A DNA stretch of 64,000 bases from assembly GCA_964188305.1 (NCBI GenBank), contig OZ076885.1; one strand, given 5' to 3'. The notes under the pieces were generated by a model, which saw nothing but the letters and a program-made list of their open reading frames with translations, ran no database searches and was not told the DNA's origin. This DNA is from Podarcis bocagei (Eukaryota). The first letter of the stretch is position 1. The number at the start of each line of letters is the position of its first letter. The position numbers and the translations under genes were made by a program. This document shows, in pieces, positions 11,795 to 24,043 of the stretch.

Positions 11795-12461
11795 CTGGGG
11801 AGAGTGCCTTCCATCAGCTTCAGCTGGTGGCCCAGCCGTGCCCCTATCTGGACAGGGATAGCCTAATGTCTGCTGTCTATGCTCTGGTAACCTCTAGGTT
11901 AGATTACTGCAACGTGTTATTTGTGGGGCTGCCTCTGAAGATGGTTCAGAAACTTCATCTGGTGCAGAATTCAGCAGCCAGGTTTGAGCATATTACACCG
12001 ATCCTGAACTGCCTGCACTGGCTGCCAGTTAGTTTCTGGACCCAAATTAAAGTCCTGGTTTTCATCTATAAAGCCTTAAATGGATCAGGACTGCAATACC
12101 TCAAAGACTGCCTCTCTCCATATGAACCAAGCCAGACTCTGTGGTCATCATCTGAGGCCCTTCTTCATGTGCCTCCTCTGTGATAGGTCCAGAGGATGGC
12201 AACACAAGAACAGGCCTTTTGGGGGGTGGCTCCCCACTTGTGGAATGCTCTCCCCAGGGAGGCCCACCTGGTGCCTTTGTTACATATTTGTAGGCACCAG
12301 GCAAAAACATTCCTCTTCTCCCAGGCCTATGGGTAATTAAACAATCTATGACCTTTTAAACTGGAGGTTTGTTACTATGGTGTTTTTGTTTTTTATATAT
12401 TGTAAACCCCTTGTGATCCTTGGGTGAAGGGCGGTATAGAAATTTAATACATAATAATAAT
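11795..12461 (+). mobile_element. LINE-2 3' fragment
   Basis: Peptide ALVTSRLDYCN..GLPLK..LVQNSAAR..HITPIL..LHWLPV..YKALNG typical of the L2 RT C-terminal region; aat-repeat tail. Confidence 0.87.
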
Positions 12462-12507
12462 ATCTACCTGTATAACGTCAACAATTTGATTTGCTCTTTT
12501 CAAACAG

Positions 12508-12771
12508 CCGTCAAAATCAAGAAGACGTTGAAGAACCTGACTGTAACAGAAACACAAGATGCAGTTTTTTCAGTGGAACTTACTCATCCTGATGTGAAAG
12601 GAGCTCAGTGGATCAAGAATGGCGTTGAGCTGCATTCTGGTGACAAATATGAGATCAAGGTGGAAGGGACAACCCACACACTGAAAGTCAAGAAATGCGC
12701 TGTAACTGATGAGTCCGTCTACAGCTTTAAACTGGGAAGGATAGGAGCCAATGCACGACTCCATGTTGAAA
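12508..12771 (+). CDS. TTN: titin exon ~35, Ig I8
   Basis: aacag| and a|gtaagt, 264 nt. Confidence 0.95.
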
Positions 12772-13004
12772 GTAAGTCAGCCTCTACACGATAAATAGGC
12801 TGGGAAGAATTAAAGCAAGTTGAATGATGGTATGATAAAGACACATCATTCCCCACACTGTCAACACTCATTTGCTCTGTCCTATTATCATTTCTAGTAA
12901 AAGGTTTTGGGATGTATTTTTAAGCACTACAAACATTTTTTCAAAAAATGGGGGAGGGGGATGGTGAGCAGAGATGATGGCAGGAAGGATGCATGCATTT
13001 TTAA

Positions 13005-13645
13005 AATAATAATAATCTGGCTGGGCCTCCCCAGCCATGCTAGGTGACTCCCAACAGAATTTTAAAAACACGATAAAACATCAAACACTAAAACTTCCCT
13101 AAACAGGGCGGCCTTCAGGTAGTTGTTTATTTCCTTGACATCTGATGGGAGGGCATCTGGGCTGTTTTAAGCATATGTGACACTGGGGTGCAAAGATCCA
13201 CCCCCCGGGTTGCCCAGTCCCAGGTGTGCAGGAGGGTGGAGCTGGCCATCTGCCTCAGCGTCTTGCTGGCTTGGTCACCCCCAAACTCGCAGCACCCAAG
13301 AGCTCGCTGCGGTGCTCTGACCGATGGGCAAGCTCTTTCCTGGACTCAACTCTCAGGCCCTGGACTCTCAGCCTGGCGCCCCTGAGAGCCCAGGTGCACC
13401 ACACCCCTAATGCCTATGGGTAAGACAGCCCTGGAGGGCGTTCCACAGGGTGGGTGCCACTACCGAGAAGGCCCTTTGCCTGGTTCCCTGTAACCTCACT
13501 TCTTGCAGGGAGGGAGACACCAGAAGGCCCTTGGAGCTGGACCTCAGTGTCTGGGCTGAATGATGGGGGTGGAGAGGCCGTTTAGGGCTTTAAAGGTCAG
13601 CGCCAACATTTTGAATTGTGCTCGGAAACATACTGGGAGCCCAAA
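13005..13645 (-). mobile_element. LINE-2 3' fragment interrupted by a hAT MITE
   Basis: Same family as 10645-10870; sequence resumes after 13433 (ttccacagggtgggtgccactaccgagaaggcc). Confidence 0.7.
13157..13433. mobile_element. hAT-type MITE nested in L2
   Basis: Imperfect 19-bp TIRs (ctgggctgttttaagcata / tatgggtaagacagccctg), 8-bp TSD gagggcat / gagggcgt. Confidence 0.78.
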
Positions 13646-13649
13646 ACAT

Positions 13650-13881
13650 TTATTTATTACAATTATATACCACCTTTATCTTCCAAGGATCTCAAGCTAG
13701 TTGGTGTAAATGGTTCTCCTTCTCCACGTTTCAACCTCACAACAACCCTGTGGGATTGGTTAGGCTAAGAGATGGTGACTGGCCCAAGGTCACCCAGTGA
13801 GCTTCAGGGCTGAGTGAGGATTCAAACCCTGCTCTCTCAATTCCTAGTCCAACCCTCTTAATTATTATACCACACTGGCTT
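13650..13881 (-). mobile_element. older CORE/MIR-like tRNA SINE (Squam3A-like)
   Basis: cacaacaaccctgt..gactggcccaaggtcacccag..ggattcaaacc..ataccacactggct; (TTTA) tail. Confidence 0.7.
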
Positions 13882-14037
13882 TCATTATGGGCAGTGCTGC
13901 CTCTTTTATTCCATGCTACATTCAACTCGGGGAAACAAAAACTTCTTGCAGTTTCCAGTCCTGAAGCCAATTGTCTTACAGTGGTTTTAACTGAAGCCAA
14001 GCGAGTAACTAAATTGTTGGTTACTTCTTCCCAAAAG

Positions 14038-14298
14038 CTGTCAAGATAATCAAGAAGCCCAAGGATGTGACTGCTCTGGAGAATGCCGTTGTTTCATTTG
14101 AAGTGAGTGTGTCCCATGACACCGTCCCAGTCAAATGGTTCCACAAGAACGTCGAGCTGAAGCCCAGCGACAAATACCGACTGAGCTCCCAGAGGAAAGT
14201 CCACAAGCTGACGTTGCAAAATATATCTCCCGCTGATGCTGGAGAATACACAGCAGTAGTAGGACAACTTGAGTGCAAAGCAAAACTCTTTGTAGAAA
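14038..14298 (+). CDS. TTN: titin exon ~36, Ig I9
   Basis: caaaag| (AAG acceptor) and a|gtaagt, 261 nt. Confidence 0.93.
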
Positions 14299-14421
14299 GT
14301 AAGTTAAAACAAATCTATCATTAGAATCAAGCTCCATTATCAAATATCAGACTGAAAGTACCTCACGATATGTTATAAAAGACGATCTAATTGTGTGTTT
14401 TGTCAATATTATTTTCTACAG

Positions 14422-14682
14422 CTGTGCACATAACAAAGACCATGAAAAATATTGAGGTTGCCGAGACCAAAACTGCCTCTTTTGAGTGCGAGGTGTCTCA
14501 TTTCAATGTGCCCGCTGTGTGGCTGAAAAATGGAGTAGAAATTGAAATGAGCGAGAAGTTCAAAATAGTGGTTCAGGGAAAGCTTCATCAACTCAACATC
14601 ATGAACACCAGCAGTGAGGATTCTGCCGAATACACCTTTGTCTGCGGAAATGACAAAGTCAGCGCAACCCTGACAGTGAAGC
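14422..14682 (+). CDS. TTN: titin exon ~37, Ig I10
   Basis: tacag| and c|gtaagt, 261 nt. Confidence 0.95.
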
Positions 14683-15267
14683 GTAAGTTTAAAATGGACA
14701 TGAGCACAGAATGCTTGCCTGAAGTAAAGTTAACATTGCACAGCCTCTTATTCTCAGTCTTTGTAAATTTAGGGGGTTAAAAGTTTAGCCGGCCTACTTT
14801 CATGGGATATGGCACTGAATCTATGTGGTGCCAATGTATCCATTGACTTAATTACATCATGGTGATGTCAGATGATTGACAGGCAGGAAGTCCCTTTCCA
14901 CATGTCTAAGTGGCCAACAGGAGGCGGGGGGGGGGGGCTCAGAATCCAGACCACCAGCTGGATCCTGTCCACAACCCCTGACTTAGCCCCTCAATTTCCA
15001 AACTTTTTTGTTCTAGAAAATTGCAATATGTTTTCTCTTCTTTGCTAAGTTCATTGATTTGTGTTTCAAAAACATGCATATGACATCAATCCGAGGCCGG
15101 GGTTTTTTAGATTTTGCTGGTTTTAATATATATGTTATATTTTATTTTATTATTTTTGTTGTGGGAAGTGACTTTGAGTTTACTTTTTGTAAGAAAAGCA
15201 ACTGATAAGTTTAATGATGATGATGACAATGATGAAACATTTTCCCTTTTATTTCCTTTAAAACCAG

Positions 15268-15528
15268 CTATCTTGATAACATCCATGCTGAAGGACATCA
15301 ACGCAGAAGAGAAAGATACAATAACCTTCGAAGTGACTGTTAATTATGAAGGCATTACGTACAAATGGTTGAAGAACGGCGTGGAAATAAAATCGACGGA
15401 CCGGTGCCAGATTAGAACTAAGAAACTTACACATTCACTTTCGATAAGAAATGTGCATTTTGGAGATGCTGCGGAATACAGTTTTGTTGCTGGGAAAGCT
15501 GTTTCATCTGCAACTTTATATGTGGAAG
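15268..15528 (+). CDS. TTN: titin exon ~38, Ig I11
   Basis: accag| and g|gtatta, 261 nt. Confidence 0.95.
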
Positions 15529-16363
15529 GTATTAAGTTTTCTTCCATCTGTTTTAGCTCTTTAGCACTAAATTGAAGCAAACATCAATCCAGAGGAGTGT
15601 GCATGAGCCGTTACAGTAACAGATCCACTACTGAACTGGTTTGGATAATCCTGAACCGACATGTGACCTAGCCTTTTTGGAATGCATGTAGCTCCTTCAC
15701 TCCTTCCTTTGCATGAGCTGCAGTTATACCAGGAAGCCTCTAATTAAGCAGAGTTTCTTTTTTTGAAATGATATTAAAGAAACTTCATGTCATAGTTTAA
15801 TACCCTGGTTTGTTCCAAAGGTGGTAGTCATAGCTTCCCAGTTTGGAGAAACCAGAAAACTGTGGTTAATTGAAGACTTACTGGCTTATTTTCTCGCACC
15901 AGAAATAGGAGTGAAGGAGCTATAGGCACATGCTAAAGACTCGTTCATATCTCAGCTTATTAATAAATGAACGTTTTGCCTATGCTCGCCAAGCTATGAC
16001 TGTCCAAATGTGGATGAAATTGGTAATGTCAGCCAAAAGATACGACAGGCTGAACTGGTTAAGTGACTTAAGAAATGCTTAAAGAAACCCATTTTCTTTA
16101 ATCTTACTGCTATGTCTTAATTGTTTTATTTTGTTGAAATTACTCTACCTGCTTCTTATTTTGTTTCTTGTTATTTTAATTTCAATACAAAATGTTTTGC
16201 TGTGCTTTGTAAATGTGCGTATAACAAACAGGGAATTGTTGTCAGCTAATTATTGTTGCGCTCTGATGTGTAAAGGAGGAGTATAAATTAAGCAATTATT
16301 AATCATCTGGGACTATAAAGTGGCTCATAATGACAATATCTCTCATGGTTTGTTTTTTCCTAG

Positions 16364-16505
16364 CTCGCCACATTGAGTTTAGAAAGCACATCAAAGACAT
16401 AAAAGTTGTGGAGAAGAAAAAAGCTGTTTTTGAATGTGAGATCTCAGAACCTGACATTTCTGTTCAGTGGATGAAAGATGGACAGGAGCTACAGCTTGAA
16501 GACAG
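16364..16505 (+). CDS. TTN: titin exon ~39, Ig I12 N-terminal half (ARHIEFRKHIKDIKVVEKK...)
   Basis: cctag| and ag|gtaatt, 142 nt, phase 1-2. Confidence 0.94.
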
Positions 16506-16834
16506 GTAATTTGTGTTGTTGTTGTTTAAAAAAAATGAATATAAAGAAAAGTTGAAGTTTGACCTGAGAGCTGCTGCAGCTGCTGCTTGTGACAAGCATG
16601 CAGGACATGGATGGTGAATTGAAATGTTACTTGGCAACACTGGCTAGTTATTGTACTAGTCATCAACTCTGCCATATGACAAATTTCAGACACAACAGAA
16701 CTTACTGAGCTAGAGGGAAGGCTTTGAGGGAAGAGCATGACCTTCTGAATCAAACAAAGATACCATATACATATAGTTATTGATATGTTAAGAGACCACA
16801 CTTTCTAAGTTTCATTTGCTTGCATTATTTTTAG

Positions 16835-17000
16835 AATGAAAGTTCAGAGAGAACGGTTCGTTCATCGCCTCCTGATTACTACCACAAAGATGTCTGATTC
16901 CGGGAAGTACACGGTAGTGGCAGGAGGAAATATGTCCAGCGCTAATTTGGTAGTGGAAGGGCGTGATGTTCGCATCAGGAGCCTTCAAAAAACCGTCCAG
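16835..17000 (+). CDS. TTN: titin exon ~40, I12 C-terminal half and start of I13
   Basis: tttag| and cag|gtatag, 166 nt, phase 2-0. Confidence 0.94.
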
Positions 17001-17308
17001 GTATAGTACTTCCTCCTGTTTTGATGATCAATACAGCCAACCTGCCCCTGATCACTGAAATGTCAGTTTCTCAAATAGATTTTCCAAACTCGGTGCCAAA
17101 AATCTGTGGAGAAACTTCGGTTCCACCAAACAATAATGTTCGGGTGTTATATATATATATATATATAACCATACTAATGTGTAGAAGCATTTTGTTCAAA
17201 GATCTCAGTTAGAAAAAATACTGAATTCCCCATTGTGAAAATGTAAGCAAAATCAGATGCCAAAGAAGGTACACAGCCATGTGGAGAAGCATTGCTCTCA
17301 TGGACTGA

Positions 17309-17551
17309 ATAAAAAAATTCCTTCCAGTAGCACCTTAAAGACCAACTAAGTTAGTTCTTGGTATGAGCTTTCGTGTGCATGCACACTTCTTCAGATACTT
17401 CTTCAGATTCTTCTTCTTGGTATCTGAAGAAGTGTGCATGCACACGAAAGCTCATACCAAGAACTAACTTAGTTGGTCTTTAAGGTGCTACTGGAAGGAA
17501 TTTTTTTATTTTGACTATGGCAGACCAACACGGCTACCTATCTGTAACTGG
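17309..17551. mobile_element. Penelope-like element terminal-repeat remnant in inverted arrangement
   Basis: Perfect 91-bp inverted repeat (17308-17398 / 17420-17510), 13-bp flanking duplication tctcatggactga, embedded hammerhead core. Confidence 0.8.
17414..17463 (+). ncRNA. minimal type-I hammerhead ribozyme motif
   Basis: Stem I ttcttggtat/ataccaagaa; CUGAAGA; palindromic stem II gtgtgcatgcacac; GAAA-gc-UC. Confidence 0.72.
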
Positions 17552-18267
17552 TCTCATGGACTGAGCGCTTCATAAATTGAACAATGATCTTTCTCTTCAG
17601 CAGTTGGAACAAAACTCTGTGCACAAGGCCCTCCTTCACATATTCATGTCCCCTTAGATATTTTTTAACACACCCCAAAATACAAAATATAAAACTACAT
17701 TTCCCCTCCTCGCTTAATTTAAATCAGTTAATGTCAACGCATACAAGAAACCTTATAGTTCCCTTTAAGAATTCTTCAACCCCCGGCAAAATTATGAGAA
17801 CCCTCTTATTTCCCCAAGTGCACACTGCGTTGATCTGATATTATTCCTTCATTGGTGTCTAGAGAAGTGAAGACTGTAGTATAGGGACAACTGATCATTT
17901 TGTTGGCAGATCTCACCCAGATCTGGAGCTGCTTATGCATTGTGATGTGCTTCCCCACTTATTTTGAAAAGTTATTCATCTTGTAAACTATGAGAAAAAA
18001 GATTAGCTGCAAAAATAGTCTGTTAAGGTTCAAGGGCTTCTGCTTGGTGATTTCAAGGGGCTTAGGAATGTTGAGTGCCAATTGAAAAATTGGTAAAAAG
18101 GAAGGAAGGAACAAACAAACAAATAAATGAACAAACAAACAAAAAGGGGTGTGTGTGGAATTGACCTACTTGAGCTCCCAAGGACTTGCAGTAGCTTGGG
18201 AATAGCATGGCAGGGCAGCACCCCACAAGGTCAAAAAATCCCCCTGAACAAGGCTGCAAGACTGCTA

Positions 18268-18613
18268 AAAAAGGACCCCCGACCATTAGGTCCAGTTGTG
18301 ACCGACTCTGGGGTTGCGGCACTCATCTCGCTTTATTGGCCAAGGGAGCCGGCGTACAGCTTCTGGGTCATGGGGCCAGCATGACTAAACTGCTTCTGGT
18401 GAACTAGAGCAGCGCACGGAAATGCCGTTTACCTTCCTGCCGGAGCGGTACCTATTTATCTACTTGCACTTTGACGTGCTTTCAAACTGCTAGGTTGGCA
18501 GGAGCAGGGACAGAGCAAGGGGAGCTCACCCCATCATGGGGATTCGAACCGCCAACCTTCTGATCAGCAAGTCCTAGGCTCTGTGGTTTAACCCACAGTG
18601 CCACCCGCGTCCC
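18268..18613 (-). mobile_element. Sauria SINE, full length
   Basis: Highly similar to 6397-6738; TSD tgcaagactg(c/t)ta at 18255-18267 and 18614-18626. Confidence 0.9.
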
Positions 18614-18895
18614 TGCAAGACTGTTACTAGAGTCCTAAACAAGGGTACAATTATTAGGGTTGGGGGGTATAACACAACCCATTGTTGTGGGTCCCTGTTT
18701 TTGTACATACAAATGGGAAATGATAGGCGAAATATGTAACTACATCTATACAGTCCTTTTTTATTAAAAAAAAACCCACTGGTGTTTGTTTTGTTTGCAC
18801 ACTTTTGTTTGCATAACAGATTTATTTTGTATTGTTTGATGAATAGAATAGACTAACAGAAATGTGGGAAGTAATAAGTGTCTGTTTATTGGCAG

Positions 18896-19127
18896 GTCAT
18901 TGAGAAACAGCGAGCCGTGGTGGAGTTTGAGGTCAATGAAGACGACGTTGAGGCTCGCTGGTATAAGGATGGAATTGAGATCAACTTCCACATTGAGGAG
19001 AGATATCACTATGTGGTGGAAAGAAAAGTCCACCGGATGACAATCACTGAAACTCGATATACCGATGCTGGAGAATACACCATCTTAGCTGGAAGAAACA
19101 GGAGTTCCATCACTCTCCATGTGAACG
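18896..19127 (+). CDS. TTN: titin exon ~41, Ig I13
   Basis: ggcag| and g|gtgtgt, 232 nt, phase 0-1. Confidence 0.94.
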
Positions 19128-19408
19128 GTGTGTATACAGATTTATCTTGCTTTTTATTGGAATACTGATTCATATAAGAAGCTACATTAGCAGTCTCCAC
19201 AAACACACTTGCCAATGCTGAAGTTCAGCATGACATTGCAGTCAATGAATGACAAGCAAAAGAAATGGACTGACTTTCAAGGCCAGCCAAGATTTGTGTT
19301 CTGCATTATATCACTTTCTCTTTTTGTGCACTTATTTTCTTTTGAACTATTTCAAGCTGCACTTTTCAGCAACAGTAAGCAAGTAATTAAGGTTCAGTCC
19401 TGTGTTTC

Positions 19409-19536
19409 CAAATGCAGGGAACCTCTGGCCCTCCATATGCTGTTGGACTCTCATCAGCAGAACCAATATGGCCAATTAGGGATGATAGCCCTTCTAGTCT
19501 AGCCACATCTGGAGGGCCACAGATTTCCCACCCCTG
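19409..19536. mobile_element. short palindromic hAT-like MITE (family also at ~2515-2645, ~22640-22765, ~44575-44820)
   Basis: gggaacctctggccctccatatg ... catctggagggccacagatttcccacccctg inverted ends. Confidence 0.6.
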
Positions 19537-19827
19537 CTATACACAATTTTAGGGCAGTAAATCCAATTGGACTCTGAGCAGACATCCATAGGCTTGCACT
19601 GCTCATGATTAGCTATTTGTTAAGCTGTATCCTTCTGCATGTACTTGGTCGTCTTGATCAGACAAGTTTATTTTTCTTAGAGGTGTCTACACTTCAGCCC
19701 TAATCTGAGATATAAAAATGATTATTTTCTAGTATTCACCATTAGTTTATAGCCCCCCCCCCATTTATCATTGGAGCAACCCCATGATTAAGGCTAAACT
19801 GCAAGTTAGGCCTGAATAGGAACTCTC

Positions 19828-19979
19828 TCTTTTTTTAAAAAAAAGATATTTATTAGAGGTTTAATAGTTACAGAAAAAAAGAAGAAAGAAAAAAGAAACA
19901 ATAAAAAGTTAAACAAAACAAAACAATACCTTACAATACATCAAAAATAAAAAAGAAAACAAAAAACTATACAGCAAAA
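19828..19979 (-). mobile_element. heavily 5'-truncated retroposed insertion (L1-like 3' end)
   Basis: 16-bp perfect TSD ctgaataggaactctc (19812-19827, 19980-19995); minus-strand AATAAA and A-rich tail. Confidence 0.7.
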
Positions 19980-20404
19980 CTGAATAGGAACTCTCAGGGG
20001 AGAAAAGTGTGATGAAGTCTTTCAAGGATCATATTATATCATGGTTGTGGTGGGACATCATGGGTTTGAATGTTCCAACCACTGAAAACCATTGTGTCAG
20101 GGAAAGCTTTCTAGCCCAGTCGTTGTCCTGATGTGTAAGTTTTCTAGAGCCAAGAAGTTGCGGTTGTTGTTTTAATATGGCAGAGGTTTCAAACATGCTA
20201 TCTCCCATCACAACGCATGTGGCTAATTTGTGCATGTGCAAATCAACACTTTGCCTGGGTCCTCTCTCCGCCAGATCTAGTTATCTTGCACTATGTGTCA
20301 CATAAATGCTGAAAAACCTGCATGCAATCACAGGAAGGAAGGAATGGAATCTATCTTGCTGGAAATTAGTTGCATGATTATGTATATATTTTTAAAAATT
20401 ATAG

Positions 20405-20689
20405 CTCCAGAGCCACCCCAGATTGAGAAGGAGCTTCAGCCAGCCACCGTGGAGTCTGGAAAGCCAGCCCGCTTCTGTGCGGTTGTGTCAGGAAAGCCGC
20501 AGCCCAAGATCTCGTGGTACAAAGATGAGCAGCCTCTTTCTTCAGGCTTTAAGGTCAAATTTCTTCATGATGCCCAAGAATACACCCTGTTGCTGATCGA
20601 GACTTTCCCAGAAGATGCTGCTGTTTACACAATTGAAGCGAAGAACGACTATGGAGTCGCCACTTCTTCTGCATCCCTTTCCGTGGAAG
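20405..20689 (+). CDS. TTN: titin exon ~42, Ig I14 (GC donor)
   Basis: tatag| and aag|gcaagc, 285 nt; SLSVE joins VPEVVSP of the next exon only through the GC donor. Confidence 0.92.
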
Positions 20690-20798
20690 GCAAGCTCTCC
20701 CAGCAATCTCAAGCATTTTTGAAACTGGCATTGTCAATATTTTGCACTGTGTGCTCTTCCATGGAGGCTAATAATCACTCTTTGATCTTTTTCCTTAG

Positions 20799-20924
20799 TC
20801 CCAGAAGTTGTTTCTCCTGATGTAGAAGTGCCAATTTACCCACCTACTATTATCGCACCACTCCGCGATGCTATTACTTCTGAGGGACAGTCTGCTTGCT
20901 TTCAGTGCAGAGTTACAGGGACAG
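20799..20924 (+). CDS. TTN: titin exon ~43 ([25 protein letters not shown]...VTGT)
   Basis: cttag| and cag|gttagt, 126 nt. Confidence 0.94.
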
Positions 20925-23900
20925 GTTAGTTTAACAAAGTCATAAAACACTTTTGTACTCCTTGTTCGACCTAGTGCACTTAGTAGGTTAAAAAAACAGC
21001 AACAAGCAAACAAACTAGTTACTGAAACCAGGCTTCCCCATAGCCATGTAGATTCAGTTGTGTGCATACAATAACCTAACTTGTCTTATACTGACCGAGA
21101 GGTTCCATAACCAGGGACTCCATTTTGCAGTGCTAAATATTAAAAAGGTAGGCACAGTTGTAATCATCCTTCCACTTTTAATTCAAAGTGGCATTTTGCC
21201 ACACTCTCCTAGGTTTCAAATGAGCCTGAAAAATGAACAAAGCCTTGGATGTCAGCTGCTGACACAACTTTGCCATGGAAAGAATGGATCTTCACTGAGC
21301 ATCAATTCTCACTTTACTTTTTGCACTTGGGTACATGTACTTGAGTAGAAATTCACGTGCGTTTAAGTATGTAGGTTGAATTAGGAAGAAGATAATTAGG
21401 AATGTGTCCTTTAATTGTTTTAAAACCCCCCAAAAGGGATTCTCAGTAAAGGATCATGTGCTTTTCCTAGCAGACACATGCAATTATTATTTTTTAAAGG
21501 AGAGACATACACTTCATATGTCTCTCATTTTTCTGGGAATATATATATAACGAGAAAGGTGTTACATGACTAGGAAGGTTGCTTGAAAAAAAATGTGGAA
21601 GAGAGATTAGAACCTATCCAAAATACTACTTGCAATCCATTCTGACCTCTCAACTTCATAATACTTCAGTGTCAGATGTGAATTTTGCACTTAGTTACAC
21701 ATACCTGAGTACAAAAAGTAAAGTGAGAATCAGCCCATGTTTCAGACATTTTATGGCTAAAAGTATTTATGTTACTCCTGCCCTGTCCACCATATTTCAT
21801 GGAATCCAAGGATCAGCTAAACCAGCTCTGAAACCGAACCATTGATAACCAGTACCCCCAGTAAACCAGATATCTAACTGCAGACTGATCTCATCATATA
21901 TGCAAAAGACTTGGGCAAATTAAAATCATGTATGCTCCAATATCTTGCTGGTGTGGGATCCCTAATATGTACACAGAGCTCCTTATAAAAGAGCTTCTAT
22001 AGGAACAAAGAGCTATGTACTCTTTGTTGAAAAGAATGGAGGGGCCAGTTCATCTGAGAGTACATAGACCTCTTGATCCACAGTCCTGGGTCACCAGCAG
22101 TTCTGATCAGTTTGACTGTTTGCATATGGTTACAGATATATGGAGAGAGAGAGAAAAAAAATTTGAGCAGTCTAGATATCTGGGTAAATGCCCCCCTACC
22201 CCCCAAAACACTGAGCTTTATATAATTTTAAGAGAAGTGCCACGTCATAATTTTAAAGCCATCAGTATTGCCACAATAGTTCAACTTGCATATAAAAACA
22301 TTCATTATAGTTCTTTTAATTCCCCCAGTGAATTTACTGAAACTCACACAATACTTCCTTCTTGCATATTTTAAAATTTGGATTAGATAGATTTTTTAAG
22401 CATAAGTATAGATTTTAATAAGGTGCACATAAAAATCCACATGGACAATTCGCTTTTAAATTAGATAAATACAGACATGTACTCGAAATGAGATATTATC
22501 CCTAGGAAAACAATTCGTGAATGTACGATCCATTTGCACGATGGGTGTAGCGGTGATGAACTGAGGATCCCGAAAAGGGCTCAAAAAGTTCTCTTCCCCC
22601 CACCTGCCCTGCTCCAGCCTGCACAGAGAGCACAAAATGACAGGGATGGGATACCTGTGACCTTTTGGACTCCAACTCCCATCAGCCCCAGCCAACACGG
22701 CCAGTGGTCAGGGATGGTGAGAAATGGAACCCAACAACATCTGGAGAGTCACCGTTTCCCCATTCTTGCTTTGAGAGTTACACATACACCAAGCAGAAAC
22801 GAGTTGCACTGTGCAGAGGGCAGATAGAGGGAAGGTAGTCTGGGGATGAAGAAGGCATTCACAGACCACTCATTTCCCCCAGACATAACAACTTATGCTG
22901 CCTCTCCATGTGCCCATGTTGATATGTAGTTGGGATATACGGGTAAAGAGAGGAACTTCCAGGCATCGGTTGGCGCTACGCTCATGGTGCATATGGATCA
23001 TGTCCCTAACTACAAAAAGAAAATTCTGATAGGACTTTTAAAAACATGTCATCATAAAAAGCATGTAGGAGTTTACACTGAAAATATTGGCAAATTTTGA
23101 GCTGTGCAAAAGCATGTCAGAATGATTTATGTATATATACATATATATACTCATATGGGTATATATATCATTTTGATGTGCATGTTGAAAGCTACAGCAT
23201 TTCTATATGTATATATTTGTGGAACCAGAGCATGGGGAATTGTTCTTGGGAACGCCCGCTCTCTTTGTATTGTTCATGAATGTTTCTGCATATTACTCAG
23301 TACAGCATGAAATTATCCTTAGAATAGTTCTTTGTCATGGCCCAGATCAAACCTGCTCATGTGCTCCTCCACTGCCCCCAAATATCCAAAGCTGCCAGTT
23401 TCCAGAATAGAATGCTTCATTTTTCATGCTCACTGAAATTCTGGATGAAATGGAAGGAGAAGAAAATTTTGAGGTTCGCTAGGTGTACACGGAGGATAGA
23501 ACTACACGTGATGCTCAACACGGGACTGCCACCAACAGTGACCTGTGTCTTCCCCTGCCTTCCCCTGAAATACTTTAATCAGACTTCCTATGCCATTTGC
23601 CTGGCTCTACATCATTGGCTGTTGCTTGCAGGAGTAAGGGAACACCAGGTGGGGAGAAGTGGATTTCCCCAAATCAGTGAGAATATTGCTCAAAACTGGC
23701 ATCAATCCTGGTAACCACTTCTCCACCAGCGGTTGGAGGCGGCAGGGTGGGTGGCACAGGGGGCAGCGGGAAACGACATGGATTGGTCTAACAGTGCATT
23801 CTTAGGCTTCACTTTTCAGAAATCAGTCCTGTTGAATTCAATAGGACTTGTTTCCAGAAAACTGTGTATTACAGCCTAAACATTACAGTGGAGGGGGAAG

Positions 23901-24043
23901 AACTCAGTGCAGTGTTGCCATATCAAGTATCTCTTTAGTTCTGATCTCCCAACTTGTTCATCAGTTTGCTCCCCAAGAGTGAAACTAGAAACCTTACATG
24001 TATATGTCTCTCTTTTTTATTTTGCTTATTTTCACTTGAGCAG

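Noticed and set aside
11719-12183. 154-aa ORF as a functional reverse-transcriptase gene
   Set aside because: Only the C-terminal tail of L2 ORF2; 5'-truncated, with an internal deletion and a premature stop
24038-24043. NAGNAG tandem acceptor (GAGCAG) before exon ~44
   Set aside because: GAG is a very poor acceptor and CAG gives the expected GT-DLK junction
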